DNA of 64,000 bases from Syncephalis fuscata S228 (lineage: Eukaryota; Fungi; Zoopagomycota): NCBI GenBank assembly GCA_025786725.1, contig JAHLTZ010000032.1:186001-250000 (forward strand), given 5' to 3'. The notes below the pieces were generated by a model that was not told where the DNA came from, ran no database searches, and saw nothing but the letters and a program-made list of their open reading frames with translations. The translations under genes were made by a program, and so were the position numbers. This document shows, piece after piece, positions 63,962-64,000 of this stretch; the stretch's first letter is position 1, and each line of letters starts with the position of its first letter.

Positions 63962-64000
63962 TCAGCAATGCTTATTGTGCTATTACTTGAATAAACCAAA

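Overview
Gene-dense, AT-rich eukaryotic DNA with many short (~45-70 nt) introns. The gene content (cobalamin-trafficking MMADHC, CUL2-type cullin, U12-type intron, signal-peptide kinases, lineage-type 7TM proteins) points to an early-diverging, non-Dikarya fungus; a Zoopagomycota mycoparasite such as Syncephalis is my inference. About 24 protein genes are visible. Housekeeping genes are ALDH3, MRPS12, MMADHC, TMEM184, RTF1, UBE2Z-like, HEM12, HAD, GON7-like, CUL2, GEP3, an epimerase, PIF1, RRP1, RPL33, dynein intermediate chain and RNA15. Two accessory islands each pair a 7TM-like gene with a secreted kinase. Items absent from, or not evident in, the ORF track: (1) two convergent decayed Fanzor/TnpB 3' ends at 3.8-4.6 kb with a candidate omega-RNA between them; (2) a head-to-head pair of two-domain ceruloplasmin-like genes whose metal ligands are complementary, suggesting a split, hetero-oligomeric ferroxidase; (3) a tRNA-type SINE with a perfect 22-bp TSD upstream of PIF1; (4) a U12-type AT-AC intron in RTF1 and an unusual AT-AC intron in RNA15. 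About eight genes carry apparent single-base deletions, mostly in short homopolymers. These are probably assembly errors, so frameshifts here are not evidence of pseudogenisation.
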